A stretch of 64,000 nucleotides of DNA from Candidatus Zixiibacteriota bacterium (GTDB lineage Bacteria > Zixibacteria > MSB-5A5 > WJJR01 > JAJRUJ01): NCBI GenBank assembly GCA_020051695.1, contig JAGVQM010000012.1, positions 6,361-70,360 of the forward strand, in the 5' to 3' direction. Positions 28,959-38,570 of the stretch are shown in pieces; positions within the stretch are counted from its first letter, which is position 1, and each line of letters starts with the position of its first letter. The notes below the pieces were generated by a model. That model made no database searches. It saw only the letters and a list, made by a program, of their open reading frames with translations, and was not told where the DNA came from. A program made the translations under genes and the position numbers.

Positions 28959-29579
28959 TCAACGAGCATCCGTCAGTTTTTGCCACAGCCGACCCGCTTT
29001 GCGGCGCAGGGCGGACAAATCCCCGTCGTTGCGGAGGACGATATCGGCTGCCCGCTTTCGCGCGGCAAACGGCAATTGCGCCCGCATCCGGTTTTCGATT
29101 TCTGCGGCACTCCAACCGCGACGGCGCAGCCAGCGGCGCCGGTTGGCCCGCGCAGCCCAGACCGCAATTAATAAGTCGATGGGCGCCTTCATCTTCCATT
29201 CAACAATCAACGCTGCGTCGACGACAATGAGAGGAGTACTTTTTCTTTTTTGAACCGTGTGAATTCTGGTTATTAATTCCGCAATTAAGGCCGGATGAAC
29301 TAACTCATTAAGTCGCTGCCGGGCTGCAGGATCGGCAAATGCTCGACGCGCCAGCAATCGGCGCTTAATACCCCGGGGATGCAAAATATCCCGGCCAAAC
29401 TCCCCGGCCAGCTGCTTTTGCAGCGCACGATCATGATCGACGACATCATGGCCAGTCTCATCTCCGGAGATAATGACCGCGCCGCGCCGGGCAAATTCCT
29501 CAGCGACCACGGTTTTACCGCAACCTACACCTCCGGTCAGTCCGACGACAAGAGGACGGGCTTTTGCCCGATGTGCCAT
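28959..29579 (-). CDS. coaE: Dephospho-CoA kinase
   Basis: VGLTGGVGCGKT, LNELVHP, DAALI.E, R..AQ, ADIVLRNDG; follows polA. Confidence 0.92.
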   Translation of the reverse strand: MAHRAKARPLVVGLTGGVGCGKTVVAEEFARRGAVIISGDETGHDVVDHDRALQKQLAGEFGRDILHPRGIKRRLLARRAFADPAARQRLNELVHPALIAELITRIHTVQKRKSTPLIVVDAALIVEWKMKAPIDLLIAVWAARANRRRWLRRRGWSAAEIENRMRAQLPFAARKRAADIVLRNDGDLSALRRKAGRLWQKLTDAR

Positions 29580-29589
29580 ATAAACCAAG

Positions 29590-32304
29590 CTATTTCGCCT
29601 CCAGCCAGTTTTCACCGACACCAATATCGACGGTCAGCGGCACTGCCAACTGCACCGTACGCTCCATCCGGTCCCGTACCATTGCCGACAGCCACTCGAG
29701 TTCAGCCGGATGAACATCAAACACTAGTTCGTCGTGGACCTGCAGGACCATCATTGATTGCCTGCCGGTCAGTTCCATGGCGATTTCGACCATGGCCTTC
29801 TTGATGATGTCGGCAGCGGTCCCCTGCAGGGGCGTATTAACCGCGATGCGTTCGGCAAACTCCCGGCGCTGGCGGTTGTCCGAGCGGATCTCCGGCAATG
29901 AACGCCGTCGACCAAACAACGTCGTCACGTACCCGTCTTCGCGGGCTTGCGCAATGGCCGAATCAATGAAATCGCGCACCCGGGGATACCGCCGGAAATA
30001 AGTGTCGATAAAATCCTTCGCCTCGCGCACAGTCATGTCCGTCTGCTGCGACAGCCCGAAAGCCGACAGCCCGTAAATGATCCCAAAATTCGCCGATTTG
30101 GCCCAGCGGCGCCGTTCGGCGTCGACCGCCTCCACCGGAACGCCGAAAATATCGGAGGCGGTCTTGGCGTGGATATCCTCGCCGTTAATGAATGCCGTGC
30201 ACAAAGTCGGGTCACCGGAGAAATGAGCCATCAACCGCAGCTCGATCTGCGAATAATCGGCCACCAGCAGGGTATGCCCCGGTTTGGGGATAAACGCGCG
30301 CCGGACTTTTTGCCCGTCGGGCGTGCGGATCGGAATATTCTGCAGGTTCGGATCAGACGAGGACAACCGCCCGGTCGCCGCCACGGCCTGATTAAACGAC
30401 GTATGCACTCGTCCGGTGCGCGCACTGACTAATTTGACCAGCGCATCGACGTATGTGGATTTCAACTTGCTCACGCCGCGATATTCGAGGATTAATCCCG
30501 GCAGCGGGTGATGCGCGGCCAGTTTTTCCAGCGTCGAGACATCAGTGGCGCGCTGGGCCGTGCGGGCGGTCTTGCGTGCAGAGTGGAGATTCAGCTTGTC
30601 AAAGAGAATTTTCGCCAACTGCTGCGTGGAATTGATATTAAACTCCTCCCCCGCGGTCTCATATATTTTCCGTGTCAGCGCGGTAAGTTTCCGCTGCCAG
30701 GCGGCCGAGAGTTTTTTCAAATAGGGCACATCGACGGACACGCCGTCATATTCCATGCGGGCCAGGACCGGGACCAGCGGCATTTCCACTGTATCGAACA
30801 GTGTTTCCAAACCGGCCGGTTTCAGCTTCGGACGTAACGCCCCGGCCAGGCGCAGGGTGAAATCGGCGTCTTCCGCGGCATAATGGGTCGCGGCCTTGAT
30901 GTCGACTTCGGCGAAACTGCGCTGTTGGGGGCCGCTGCCGATCAACTCGCTGATCGGCTGCATGTCATAGTCCAAGTATTTTTTAGCCAGCGCATCCAGC
31001 GAGTGCCCCCGGGCGGAGGGATTCAACACATACGAGGCCAGCATGGGATCAAAGACCAAGCCACACAGGACAATGCCATAGGTGAAAAAAATCTGCCAGT
31101 CATATTTGCCATTTTGCCCGACCAGTTGCGGGCGCTCATTTTCCAATAACGGCCTAAGAATGGCCAGCGCCCGCTCACGATCGAGGTTGCCTGCACTGTC
31201 GCTGTGCCCTACCGGAATATACCAGGCCTCGCCGGGGGCTGCGCAAATTGAAATGCCGACCAGTTCGGCTTCGATGGGATTTAATGATGTCGTTTCGGTG
31301 TCCACCGCCAGCAGCGGGGCTTTTTGCCAAACAGCGGCCAATCGCGCCAATTCATCCAGAGTAGCAACAGTGTGATATTTCCCCGCCGTGGCTGCCGGAG
31401 GTTCCTGGCCGGCCGGCGGTTTGGCCGGAGCCGTGTCGATCTGCCGCCACAGGGAAGTGAATTCCAATTCCAGAAACAACTTTCGCGTGGCGGTGGAATT
31501 CAATGGTTGGACCGCATACGCCGTGACGTCAAGGGCAAGGGGCACATCCCGCTTGATTGTCACCAGTTCGCGGGACAGACGCGCCATGTCGGCATGTTCG
31601 GTCAGCCGTTCCCGGAGTTTTTTGCCGGGCGCGGCCGCGGCATGAGCCAGGACAGATTCAAGATCACCGAATTTCCGCACCAGTGATACCGCGGTCTTGG
31701 GCCCGACGCCGGGGATACCGGGGACATTGTCCGAGGTATCCCCCGCCAGTCCGAGGACATCGATGACCTGCTGCGGCGGCACCCCGAATTTTTCCTCGAC
31801 GCCTGCCGGATCAAGCCGCTCGATGTTTTCCACACCACTCGTGCGGCGCCAATTCAATATCGTAACCCGTTCGGTGACCAGTTGCATGAAATCTTTGTCG
31901 CCGGTAACCATGACCGCATCGATGCCCCCGGCCTCGGCCTGAACCGCCAGGGTGGCGATGACATCATCCGCCTCGTACCCTGGCATTTCGACCAGCGGGC
32001 AACCCAGTGTGGTGATGAGTTCGCGGACGCGGGGCAGTTGTGCAACCATCTCCTCGGGCATCTTGTCGCGCGTGGCCTTGTATGCCGGAAACATCTTATG
32101 CCGGAATGTCGGGTGCGGGGTATCGAAAACGCACACCCAATAATCGGGGCGTTCCTCGCGAAACAATTTGAGCATGGTGTTGGCCACGCCGAACGCCGCG
32201 GAGGTGTTTTCACCTTTGGAGTTGCGGAGCGGATTGCGGATGAAGGCAAAATAGGCCCGGTAGGCCATGGCCGAGCCGTCGATTAAATACAGTTTCTTTG
32301 CCAC
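29590..32304 (-). CDS. polA: DNA polymerase I
   Basis: LIDGS..YRAYFA, YEADD, GDTSDNVPG (5' nuclease); DTETT (3'-5' exonuclease); TGRLSS..PNLQNIP, DYSQIELR, QVHDEL; GTG start at 32304. Confidence 0.98.
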   Translation of the reverse strand: MAKKLYLIDGSAMAYRAYFAFIRNPLRNSKGENTSAAFGVANTMLKLFREERPDYWVCVFDTPHPTFRHKMFPAYKATRDKMPEEMVAQLPRVRELITTLGCPLVEMPGYEADDVIATLAVQAEAGGIDAVMVTGDKDFMQLVTERVTILNWRRTSGVENIERLDPAGVEEKFGVPPQQVIDVLGLAGDTSDNVPGIPGVGPKTAVSLVRKFGDLESVLAHAAAAPGKKLRERLTEHADMARLSRELVTIKRDVPLALDVTAYAVQPLNSTATRKLFLELEFTSLWRQIDTAPAKPPAGQEPPAATAGKYHTVATLDELARLAAVWQKAPLLAVDTETTSLNPIEAELVGISICAAPGEAWYIPVGHSDSAGNLDRERALAILRPLLENERPQLVGQNGKYDWQIFFTYGIVLCGLVFDPMLASYVLNPSARGHSLDALAKKYLDYDMQPISELIGSGPQQRSFAEVDIKAATHYAAEDADFTLRLAGALRPKLKPAGLETLFDTVEMPLVPVLARMEYDGVSVDVPYLKKLSAAWQRKLTALTRKIYETAGEEFNINSTQQLAKILFDKLNLHSARKTARTAQRATDVSTLEKLAAHHPLPGLILEYRGVSKLKSTYVDALVKLVSARTGRVHTSFNQAVAATGRLSSSDPNLQNIPIRTPDGQKVRRAFIPKPGHTLLVADYSQIELRLMAHFSGDPTLCTAFINGEDIHAKTASDIFGVPVEAVDAERRRWAKSANFGIIYGLSAFGLSQQTDMTVREAKDFIDTYFRRYPRVRDFIDSAIAQAREDGYVTTLFGRRRSLPEIRSDNRQRREFAERIAVNTPLQGTAADIIKKAMVEIAMELTGRQSMMVLQVHDELVFDVHPAELEWLSAMVRDRMERTVQLAVPLTVDIGVGENWLEAK

Positions 32305-32387
32305 CGGTTTTATCTCCCGGTCCAAAGAACGGATTCTTTCATTAAAGGTCAACAGCCAACCGACCCCCGCCGCGAAGGCGGAGGCCA

Positions 32388-33296
32388 TCAGCCCCGGATG
32401 ACTTTGCTGACAATGTCCGAACGCAGGACCATCCCGATCAGCCGTCCCCGGTCGTCAACGACCGGCACGCGGCGGATATTGCGGAACATCATCATCGCCG
32501 CGACCTCGACGATCGGCGTGTCCTCGGTGGTAGTGAATACCTTGCGGGTCATGATCTCGGAAACTTTGATTTCGTCTTCGCGCTTAAGCAGTTCATCGAA
32601 CGGCTCGACCTCGGGATTGAACGACATATTCTCGATCAGGGTCTCATAGTCGGGCAGCGCGGCCTTGATCAGGTGTTTTTCGGAGATGATGCCAATGAGG
32701 ATTTTATCATTGTCCACGACCGGGACACCGGAGACCTTATGGCGGTAAAAAATATTGGCGGCATCCTTCAGGGTGGATTCGGGCATTGTGTAAAAGACAT
32801 TTCGATGCATGATATCGCGGACTGTCAACTGCTTTTTGACCGTCAGGCCGGACTCCCAGATAACCCGGATAATCGCCTCGGCGTCGGGCTGGGCGACCAG
32901 ATTTTCGATATTCCCCGGTTCACGGGCGAACGCGGCAAAGGCCGAAAGGGTCTGCAAATATAACTGTGCAATATTACGCGGGGTCAGCAACAGACAAACG
33001 GCATGCAACCGCATATGATCCGGGGTGGCCGAATCAATCCCCCGGCGGGTCACCCCCAGGGCCACGTACATGCGCGAGACGGCGTCGGTGCGCGCATGCG
33101 GGAAAGCAATGCCGTGGCCGTAGGATGTGTTTTCCAAGTCTTCCCGTTCATTGATGGCGCGGGTCAAGGCGTGGCGGTCCAGGTGCGGATGGTGTTGAAT
33201 TACTCGATCAAGTATTTCCTCGATGGCCTCAAATTTCGTCTTGGCCCGCATGTCGGTCACCACCAGTTGCGGGTCCAAAAGTGCGGCGAGTCTCAC
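32388..33296 (-). CDS. PTS EIIA (Ntr/Fru-type) domain fused to a CBS pair
   Basis: ERE....T..G.GIAFPHART phospho-His motif; two CBS domains (SGVPVVD, IRRVPVVD); GTG at 33296 with SD AAGGAG. Confidence 0.85.
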   Translation of the reverse strand: MRLAALLDPQLVVTDMRAKTKFEAIEEILDRVIQHHPHLDRHALTRAINEREDLENTSYGHGIAFPHARTDAVSRMYVALGVTRRGIDSATPDHMRLHAVCLLLTPRNIAQLYLQTLSAFAAFAREPGNIENLVAQPDAEAIIRVIWESGLTVKKQLTVRDIMHRNVFYTMPESTLKDAANIFYRHKVSGVPVVDNDKILIGIISEKHLIKAALPDYETLIENMSFNPEVEPFDELLKREDEIKVSEIMTRKVFTTTEDTPIVEVAAMMMFRNIRRVPVVDDRGRLIGMVLRSDIVSKVIRG

Positions 33297-33970
33297 CGGG
33301 CAAACTCCTTCACGGGTTCCAGCTCCCGCCCCGCCGACCGGCACCGGATTTCTTGCGGCGTGGCGATCCCTCCGGACATCAATATCTTGACTGCTTCCTC
33401 AATTGTCAACTCAGTCGGGATAACATCTTCACGGGGGACTACGACCATCCAGCCGGTCACCGGGGTCGGGGTGGACGGCACAAACACGGTCAGATATTCG
33501 GCCCGGGTCCCGCTGCTCGCCAGGATGACCCTCGACGAGGCAAAAGCCACGGACAGGATCCCTTTGCGCGGGTATTCGATGAATACCACCTGGTCAAACA
33601 TCTTTTTCTGCGGCAGGGTGAAGGCCCCCACCAGTTGTTTGACCGCCGAGTAAATGGCACGGACCAGCGGGGTGCGGATAAACAGCACTTCGCCCAGGGC
33701 ATACAACCGGGTGCCGAACGTACTGTATTGGGTCAGGATCCCGGCCAGAATGATCAATGACACTGTGCCCACCAAACCCATGCCGGGAACGGAATACCCC
33801 AAAACGCGCGCCAGAAGCGGAGAAAGCAGGCCGTCGACTTTTTGGAATAGGAAATACAGGACGTACAGCGTGACCACCACCGGGACAGTGATCAGCACTC
33901 CGCTCAGGAAATGCCGCCGCACGGTGGCCAGAAACAGCCGCCCAAACGATTTTTTCTCTCCGGCATCCAT
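33293..33970 (-). CDS. DUF502-family membrane protein
   Basis: FLSG.LI.VP..VT, P.VRAIY.AVKQ, IEYPRKG, VFVPSTP.P.TG, ILMSGG. Confidence 0.9.
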   Translation of the reverse strand: MDAGEKKSFGRLFLATVRRHFLSGVLITVPVVVTLYVLYFLFQKVDGLLSPLLARVLGYSVPGMGLVGTVSLIILAGILTQYSTFGTRLYALGEVLFIRTPLVRAIYSAVKQLVGAFTLPQKKMFDQVVFIEYPRKGILSVAFASSRVILASSGTRAEYLTVFVPSTPTPVTGWMVVVPREDVIPTELTIEEAVKILMSGGIATPQEIRCRSAGRELEPVKEFAR

Positions 33971-34104
33971 TCCGAGAAGCCATCCCTTCCCTATTTATGT
34001 CGGTAGCAGCTACGGAGATTCAAGCCCGGCGTGGGGCTACTCCGGGCACACGATGGCCGGCGGGGGTGGATGCGAAAGAAATGTGAGAAAAACAGGAAGA
34101 AAAG

Positions 34105-34178
<74 letters not shown>

Positions 34179-34313
34179 ACAATTATGTTTGTGCTACGCT
34201 GTTGTCGGTCTGTTTATTTGCCTTACTAACTCAAACAGGTTCAACACATTCCAACAACAGGGACCGCATGTTTCCCGCGCTTTGCTGCCCGGCCCCCAAC
34301 TCAAACCCGCCGC

Positions 34314-34342
34314 ATAGTATATTCCGGCGGGGCGCAAGTCAA
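34314..34342 (-). promoter_or_regulatory. sigma70-like promoter upstream of tRNA-Lys
   Basis: TTGACT-N17-TACTAT on the minus strand. Confidence 0.55.
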
Positions 34343-34408
34343 CGACAAAGCCCGACAAGACGGCAAAAAACACGGATTACGCGACAAGTTACCCGTGGCA
34401 CGGGCATC

Positions 34409-34658
34409 TTCCGCCAAAGGCGGACAAGCGCCCGTGCACGGGCCCCGGCACTTGTCCGCCTGAGGCGGGAAGGCCGGGGCCACGTAAACTGCGCCACCGA
34501 GAATTCCTTCCCGGCGGGACCGAAAAGTCTGTCACCCCGGCCTCCGAGCCGGGGTCCAGTCGTTTTGTGGGCGGCAGATGTCCACGTTGCCGCAAAGTCG
34601 AGCAAACACTATCGTCGATGCTGGGGCACATGTGGATCCGCCGTGGCGGACCGCCCAC
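34409..34658. repeat. Cluster of short CCGCC/GGCGG hairpins and an inverted REP doublet
   Basis: TCCGCCAAAGGCGGA, CCGCCTGAGGCGG, TCCGCCGTGGCGGA; GTGGGCGG...CCGCCCAC bracket 34567-34658. Confidence 0.65.
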
Positions 34659-34754
34659 GAGCCCCGATTTTTATTGATAAATCCGCCGCTTTGGGTATAT
34701 TGTTTTTGCAAACAGGTTTACTATCCAACTCACCCTCAACTCGGGGGAGGGGAT

Positions 34755-36845
34755 ATGAAAGGCACGATTCGCTTACTGGCCGGGGGGCGAGTGGCAGGAA
34801 TGAATGCAATCTTCGTTTTTGTTGTAACTTCTTTGGCATTGGCTCAACCGGCTCCACAGATCGTTTCCACCTTACCAGCGCAGAATGCATTGAATGTGGC
34901 GGCAAGTGCCCATATATCGGTGACATTCGATATCGACATGGATGAAGCAACGATCAATAATGCGACATTTATGGTATCGACCATGGTAACCGGAATTCGC
35001 TACGGTATCTTTAGTTATGATATTCTTTCCAAGACCGTGATTTACAATCCAGTCAGTGATTTTGCCGTAGGCGATCTAGTCACCGTCACTCTCACGAAAG
35101 GGATTAAATCGTCCTTAGGGCTTTCTATGGAAGAAGGTTACACATGGTCGTTTACTACAGAAGTATATGGTGGCACAGCGACTTTCGGATCGCCTGCCAC
35201 ATATTATGCTGGAATGCGACCAACATCTCTAGTCGCAGCCGACTTTGATAACGACGGTGACGTCGATATTGCTACTGCCGATTCTTATGCTGATCATGTT
35301 TCGGTATTCTCGAATAATGGTAGCGGCAACTTAGGTAATGCAATTAATTATTCAGTTGGAGATGAACCATTATCTATTGCCAGTGGAGATATTGACCTTG
35401 ATGGGTTTATTGATTTGGTTGCCGGTAACCTTCGATCGAGCAACAGCTCGGTATTATCAAATAATGGAGATGGGTCATTTGCTTCCGGGGCTGCCTATCC
35501 TTCTTCCCTCGGGGGGCCGTTATCCGTAAATCTTGTCGATTGCTCTGGAGACGGCTACCCCGATCTAATCGTATCGACAAATGGAAATTATGTTACTGTG
35601 CGATTAAATAATGGCGCGGGAACATTTGGCGATGAGACATCATACAACGTGGGAAGCCGTGCCGATGCTGTCTTTGCAGGTGACTATGATTTGGATGCCG
35701 ATCTCGATCTTGCGGTCGCGCTTATCCACAATGACTGCGTATGCATACTTTTGAATAATGGGAATGGCACATATGATATAACAGGGAATTATATCGTGGG
35801 TGATTATCCCGAGTATATACATGGTGCCGATTATGACAATGACGGTGACATTGATTTAGCGGTTCCGAATCCCGGTTTTGACCATCACATTTCAGTATTG
35901 TTGAATGATGGCGATGCCACGTTTGCTCCCTGCGTGAAGTATGAGGTTGGAGGATGGCCAACAGGTGTATATTCGGCTGACGTTGATGCCGATGGTTATA
36001 TAGATTTGGTGTCGGCAAACCGCAATGGCAATAACTTATCAGTTCTTCTAAACTCAGGAGATGGTACTTTTGATGCGGCGGTCGGTTATCCTACCAACGA
36101 TGGCCCTAATGCCGTGGTAGCCGCCGACTTAAACGGCGATGGTGCATTAGACTTGGTTGCAACGAATTGGCCTGAAGATAGCCAGTCAAATTTGGTTTCT
36201 GTCCTTTTGCAGTATTTCGTTTGTGTTGATTCCGACGGCGATTATCTGGGTGATCCCGGACATCCTGAAAACGATTGCCCGGGGGACAATTGTCCTTATG
36301 TGTGGAATCGGGATCAAGAGGACTCCGACGATGACGGCATCGGCGACAGTTGTGATGCCTGCACTGATACCGACGGCGATGAATATGGTGATCCCGTTTA
36401 TCCAGCCAATACTTGCGAAATAGATAATTGCCCCTTTATCAGCAATCCTGACCAGATCGATACTGACGGGGACGGTTCTGGTGATTTATGCGACGATGAT
36501 GATGACGATGACGGACTTGATGATTTATCAGATAATTGTCCTCTGTCCCCGAATCCCGATCAGGCCGACAACGACGCCGACGGTATCGGCAATGCCTGCG
36601 ATCCCTGCGACTGCACGTACTTCGGCGATCTCGACTTAAATGGCATGATCACGCCATTGGATGTTACCATCATAGTCAACCACGTCTACCGGCAACTTGA
36701 TTCTCGATCACCAATTCCGACAACCTGCCCACGGGACAACGGCGATTGGGATTGTTTCGGCGGGATTAATCCGACCGACGTCGCCTGGTATGTGAATTAC
36801 GTCTACCGGCAAAAGGGCGACGGCCCGTGCAACCCCTGCAACTGA
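34755..36845 (+). CDS. Secreted Ig-like + FG-GAP repeat + TSP3 repeat protein with C-terminal dockerin-like domain
   Basis: ATG 34755 with SD GGGGAGG and upstream TTGATA-N16-TATATT; repeated D.D.DGD.DL..N.G.G.F units; DNCP...N.DQ.D.D.DG.GD.CD repeats; [14 protein letters not shown]...[14 protein letters not shown] tail. Confidence 0.9.
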   Translation: MKGTIRLLAGGRVAGMNAIFVFVVTSLALAQPAPQIVSTLPAQNALNVAASAHISVTFDIDMDEATINNATFMVSTMVTGIRYGIFSYDILSKTVIYNPVSDFAVGDLVTVTLTKGIKSSLGLSMEEGYTWSFTTEVYGGTATFGSPATYYAGMRPTSLVAADFDNDGDVDIATADSYADHVSVFSNNGSGNLGNAINYSVGDEPLSIASGDIDLDGFIDLVAGNLRSSNSSVLSNNGDGSFASGAAYPSSLGGPLSVNLVDCSGDGYPDLIVSTNGNYVTVRLNNGAGTFGDETSYNVGSRADAVFAGDYDLDADLDLAVALIHNDCVCILLNNGNGTYDITGNYIVGDYPEYIHGADYDNDGDIDLAVPNPGFDHHISVLLNDGDATFAPCVKYEVGGWPTGVYSADVDADGYIDLVSANRNGNNLSVLLNSGDGTFDAAVGYPTNDGPNAVVAADLNGDGALDLVATNWPEDSQSNLVSVLLQYFVCVDSDGDYLGDPGHPENDCPGDNCPYVWNRDQEDSDDDGIGDSCDACTDTDGDEYGDPVYPANTCEIDNCPFISNPDQIDTDGDGSGDLCDDDDDDDGLDDLSDNCPLSPNPDQADNDADGIGNACDPCDCTYFGDLDLNGMITPLDVTIIVNHVYRQLDSRSPIPTTCPRDNGDWDCFGGINPTDVAWYVNYVYRQKGDGPCNPCN

Positions 36846-36857
36846 TACTTGTGGCAT

Positions 36858-36884
36858 GGGCACATGTGGATCCGCCGTGACGGA
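36858..36884 (+). repeat. Direct repeat of 34624-34650
   Basis: GGGCACATGTGGATCCGCCGTG(G/A)CGGA, 26 of 27 nt identical, flanking the FG-GAP gene. Confidence 0.8.
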
Positions 36885-36923
36885 GTGGGGTACCGATATC
36901 GCGCAATGGCATCATCAGCTTGT

Positions 36924-36964
36924 GAGATTGCTTCGTCCCGCTCAAAAGCAGGACTCGCAATGAC
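36924..36964. repeat. REP-like element
   Basis: GAGATTGCTTCG...CTCGCAATGAC form with an internal hairpin. Confidence 0.6.
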
Positions 36965-37008
36965 GATTTTTTAACTTTTTCGACAATCCCGGAGGCGGGC
37001 ATCCAATT

Positions 37009-37335
37009 ATGCAATACGATCATGTGCTGGTCCTGACTACCTGCGCCTCGGAGGACCAGGCGGCCCAAATTGCCGAGGCACTGGTTACAACCAACGCCGC
37101 CGCCTGCTGTAATATTATTAAGGATGTGCGCTCGCTGTTTATCTGGCAGGGGAAACTGGAAGATGACCGGGAAGTATTACTGTTGACAAAAACAACGACC
37201 GCGTCATTCCCCAAAGTCCGCGACACAATATTGAAACTGCACTCCTACGACGTCGCGGAGATCATCGCCGTACCGATCGTTGACGGTTCGGATGATTACC
37301 TGAGGTGGGTCAAAGAACAAACATCGAAAAAGTAG
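37009..37335 (+). CDS. cutA: Divalent-cation tolerance protein CutA
   Basis: LV...AACCNI...RS.F.WQG......E.LLL.KT...HSYDVAEIIA.PI..G...YL.W. Confidence 0.93.
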   Translation: MQYDHVLVLTTCASEDQAAQIAEALVTTNAAACCNIIKDVRSLFIWQGKLEDDREVLLLTKTTTASFPKVRDTILKLHSYDVAEIIAVPIVDGSDDYLRWVKEQTSKK

Positions 37336-37436
37336 GTCGGGTTCCGGAGTCACCCGCCTCGGCGGGGGACGGAGAAACCCGACAAGGGTTGACAACGATC
37401 ACAAAAATGAAAAGGTGGGTGCGAAGCACCCACCCC
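37332..37436. repeat. REP-like palindromes between convergent genes
   Basis: GTAGGTCGGGTT...AACCCGAC with an internal CCCGCCTCGGCGGG hairpin; GGTGGGTGC-GAA-GCACCCACC. Confidence 0.6.
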
Positions 37437-37457
37437 TGCGGTACAGCGTATTCGGCA

Positions 37458-38261
37458 TCAATCGATACATCCCTCGCACAGCGCATCCTGCCCCTTATAG
37501 ATGTATTGGACCAGAAATTGCACATCGAGGGGATTGAACGAGCCATCGCAGTTGACATCACCTTTAAGATATGGGCATAACGGCCGATCGGGGAGGTATT
37601 GTAATACTGCTCTGATCATCCCCCAGACAGCCCAGCTCACATCCACCGGATTGGCCACGCCGTCATGATTGATGTCTCCCTTGACGAAGCAATCACACGC
37701 ACAAACTTCTATGATGCCCTTGGTGAAAACGGCCTCACCGGTGCCGAGCGGCCCATGGTCCACCGGCGGGAATTCATCATCGATCATCATGATCGCGCCG
37801 GCGCCGCTGGGGAACGCTGCGGTATCAAACACGAATCGCCCAACGGACATGGCGATATCAAAATCCAACCGGAGCCGTTGATACGCGAAGGAAACGGCGT
37901 TCAAGGGTTGCATGATGATCTGAAAATACTCGGGGGAAGAACCGTCGTACACTGTGCATAATTCCTTTTGCGTAGCTTCTCCCGTATTGTAGATCCATGT
38001 CACGCCGTTTTCGGTTCCCTGGCAGTAAACCGGCTTATCCCCGGCCCAAAATGCACCGCCCAATTCGCTGCGCACGACAATTGGAATCGTCAAAGCGGAC
38101 AACTCGGTTGTATTGGCAACCTTAACCCACACCGACACGTCCTGCTTACCGTAAAATACACTATCACTGGTGAATTCAACTCCCCACCAGGCAAAGGCAC
38201 TGGTGGAGCTTAACAAGAACACGAAAACAGTACCCACCATACGTAATTTCATCTCCCTCAT
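37458..38261 (-). CDS. Secreted cohesin-like beta-sandwich plus C-terminal dockerin-like protein
   Basis: SD GGAGGAGG, signal peptide, V.V.VAN..ELSALTIPI, tail GDINHDGVANPVDV...GDVNCDGSFNPLDV; upstream TTGACA-N16-TATCTT at 38436-38463. Confidence 0.8.
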   Translation of the reverse strand: MREMKLRMVGTVFVFLLSSTSAFAWWGVEFTSDSVFYGKQDVSVWVKVANTTELSALTIPIVVRSELGGAFWAGDKPVYCQGTENGVTWIYNTGEATQKELCTVYDGSSPEYFQIIMQPLNAVSFAYQRLRLDFDIAMSVGRFVFDTAAFPSGAGAIMMIDDEFPPVDHGPLGTGEAVFTKGIIEVCACDCFVKGDINHDGVANPVDVSWAVWGMIRAVLQYLPDRPLCPYLKGDVNCDGSFNPLDVQFLVQYIYKGQDALCEGCID

Positions 38262-38570
38262 ACTCCTAACCTCCTCCTCCCAAAAACATATCGGCGTTAC
38301 GCGTTTCCGTTGTCCGCCTGAAAACTCAATCGACTCACCATCATACGCTGCAAGGGCCGTCACACCCTTATCATCACCACGAATGCGGAGATCACCCACG
38401 CATTCGGACTATTGACTAACGCAATCTTTGCTAATAAGATACCATGCGCCGGGGCGGTGTCAAGTCGCAAACACGAAGAAAAAACGGATAATCAACCGTC
38501 GATTACGAATATCGCAGTAATTTACTATGATTATTAATACTCGATCCAATCATCATTTATGCCCCGATGC

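Noticed and set aside
34409..34658. Possible CRISPR array
   Set aside because: Repeats are short, irregularly spaced and not identical; no cas genes.
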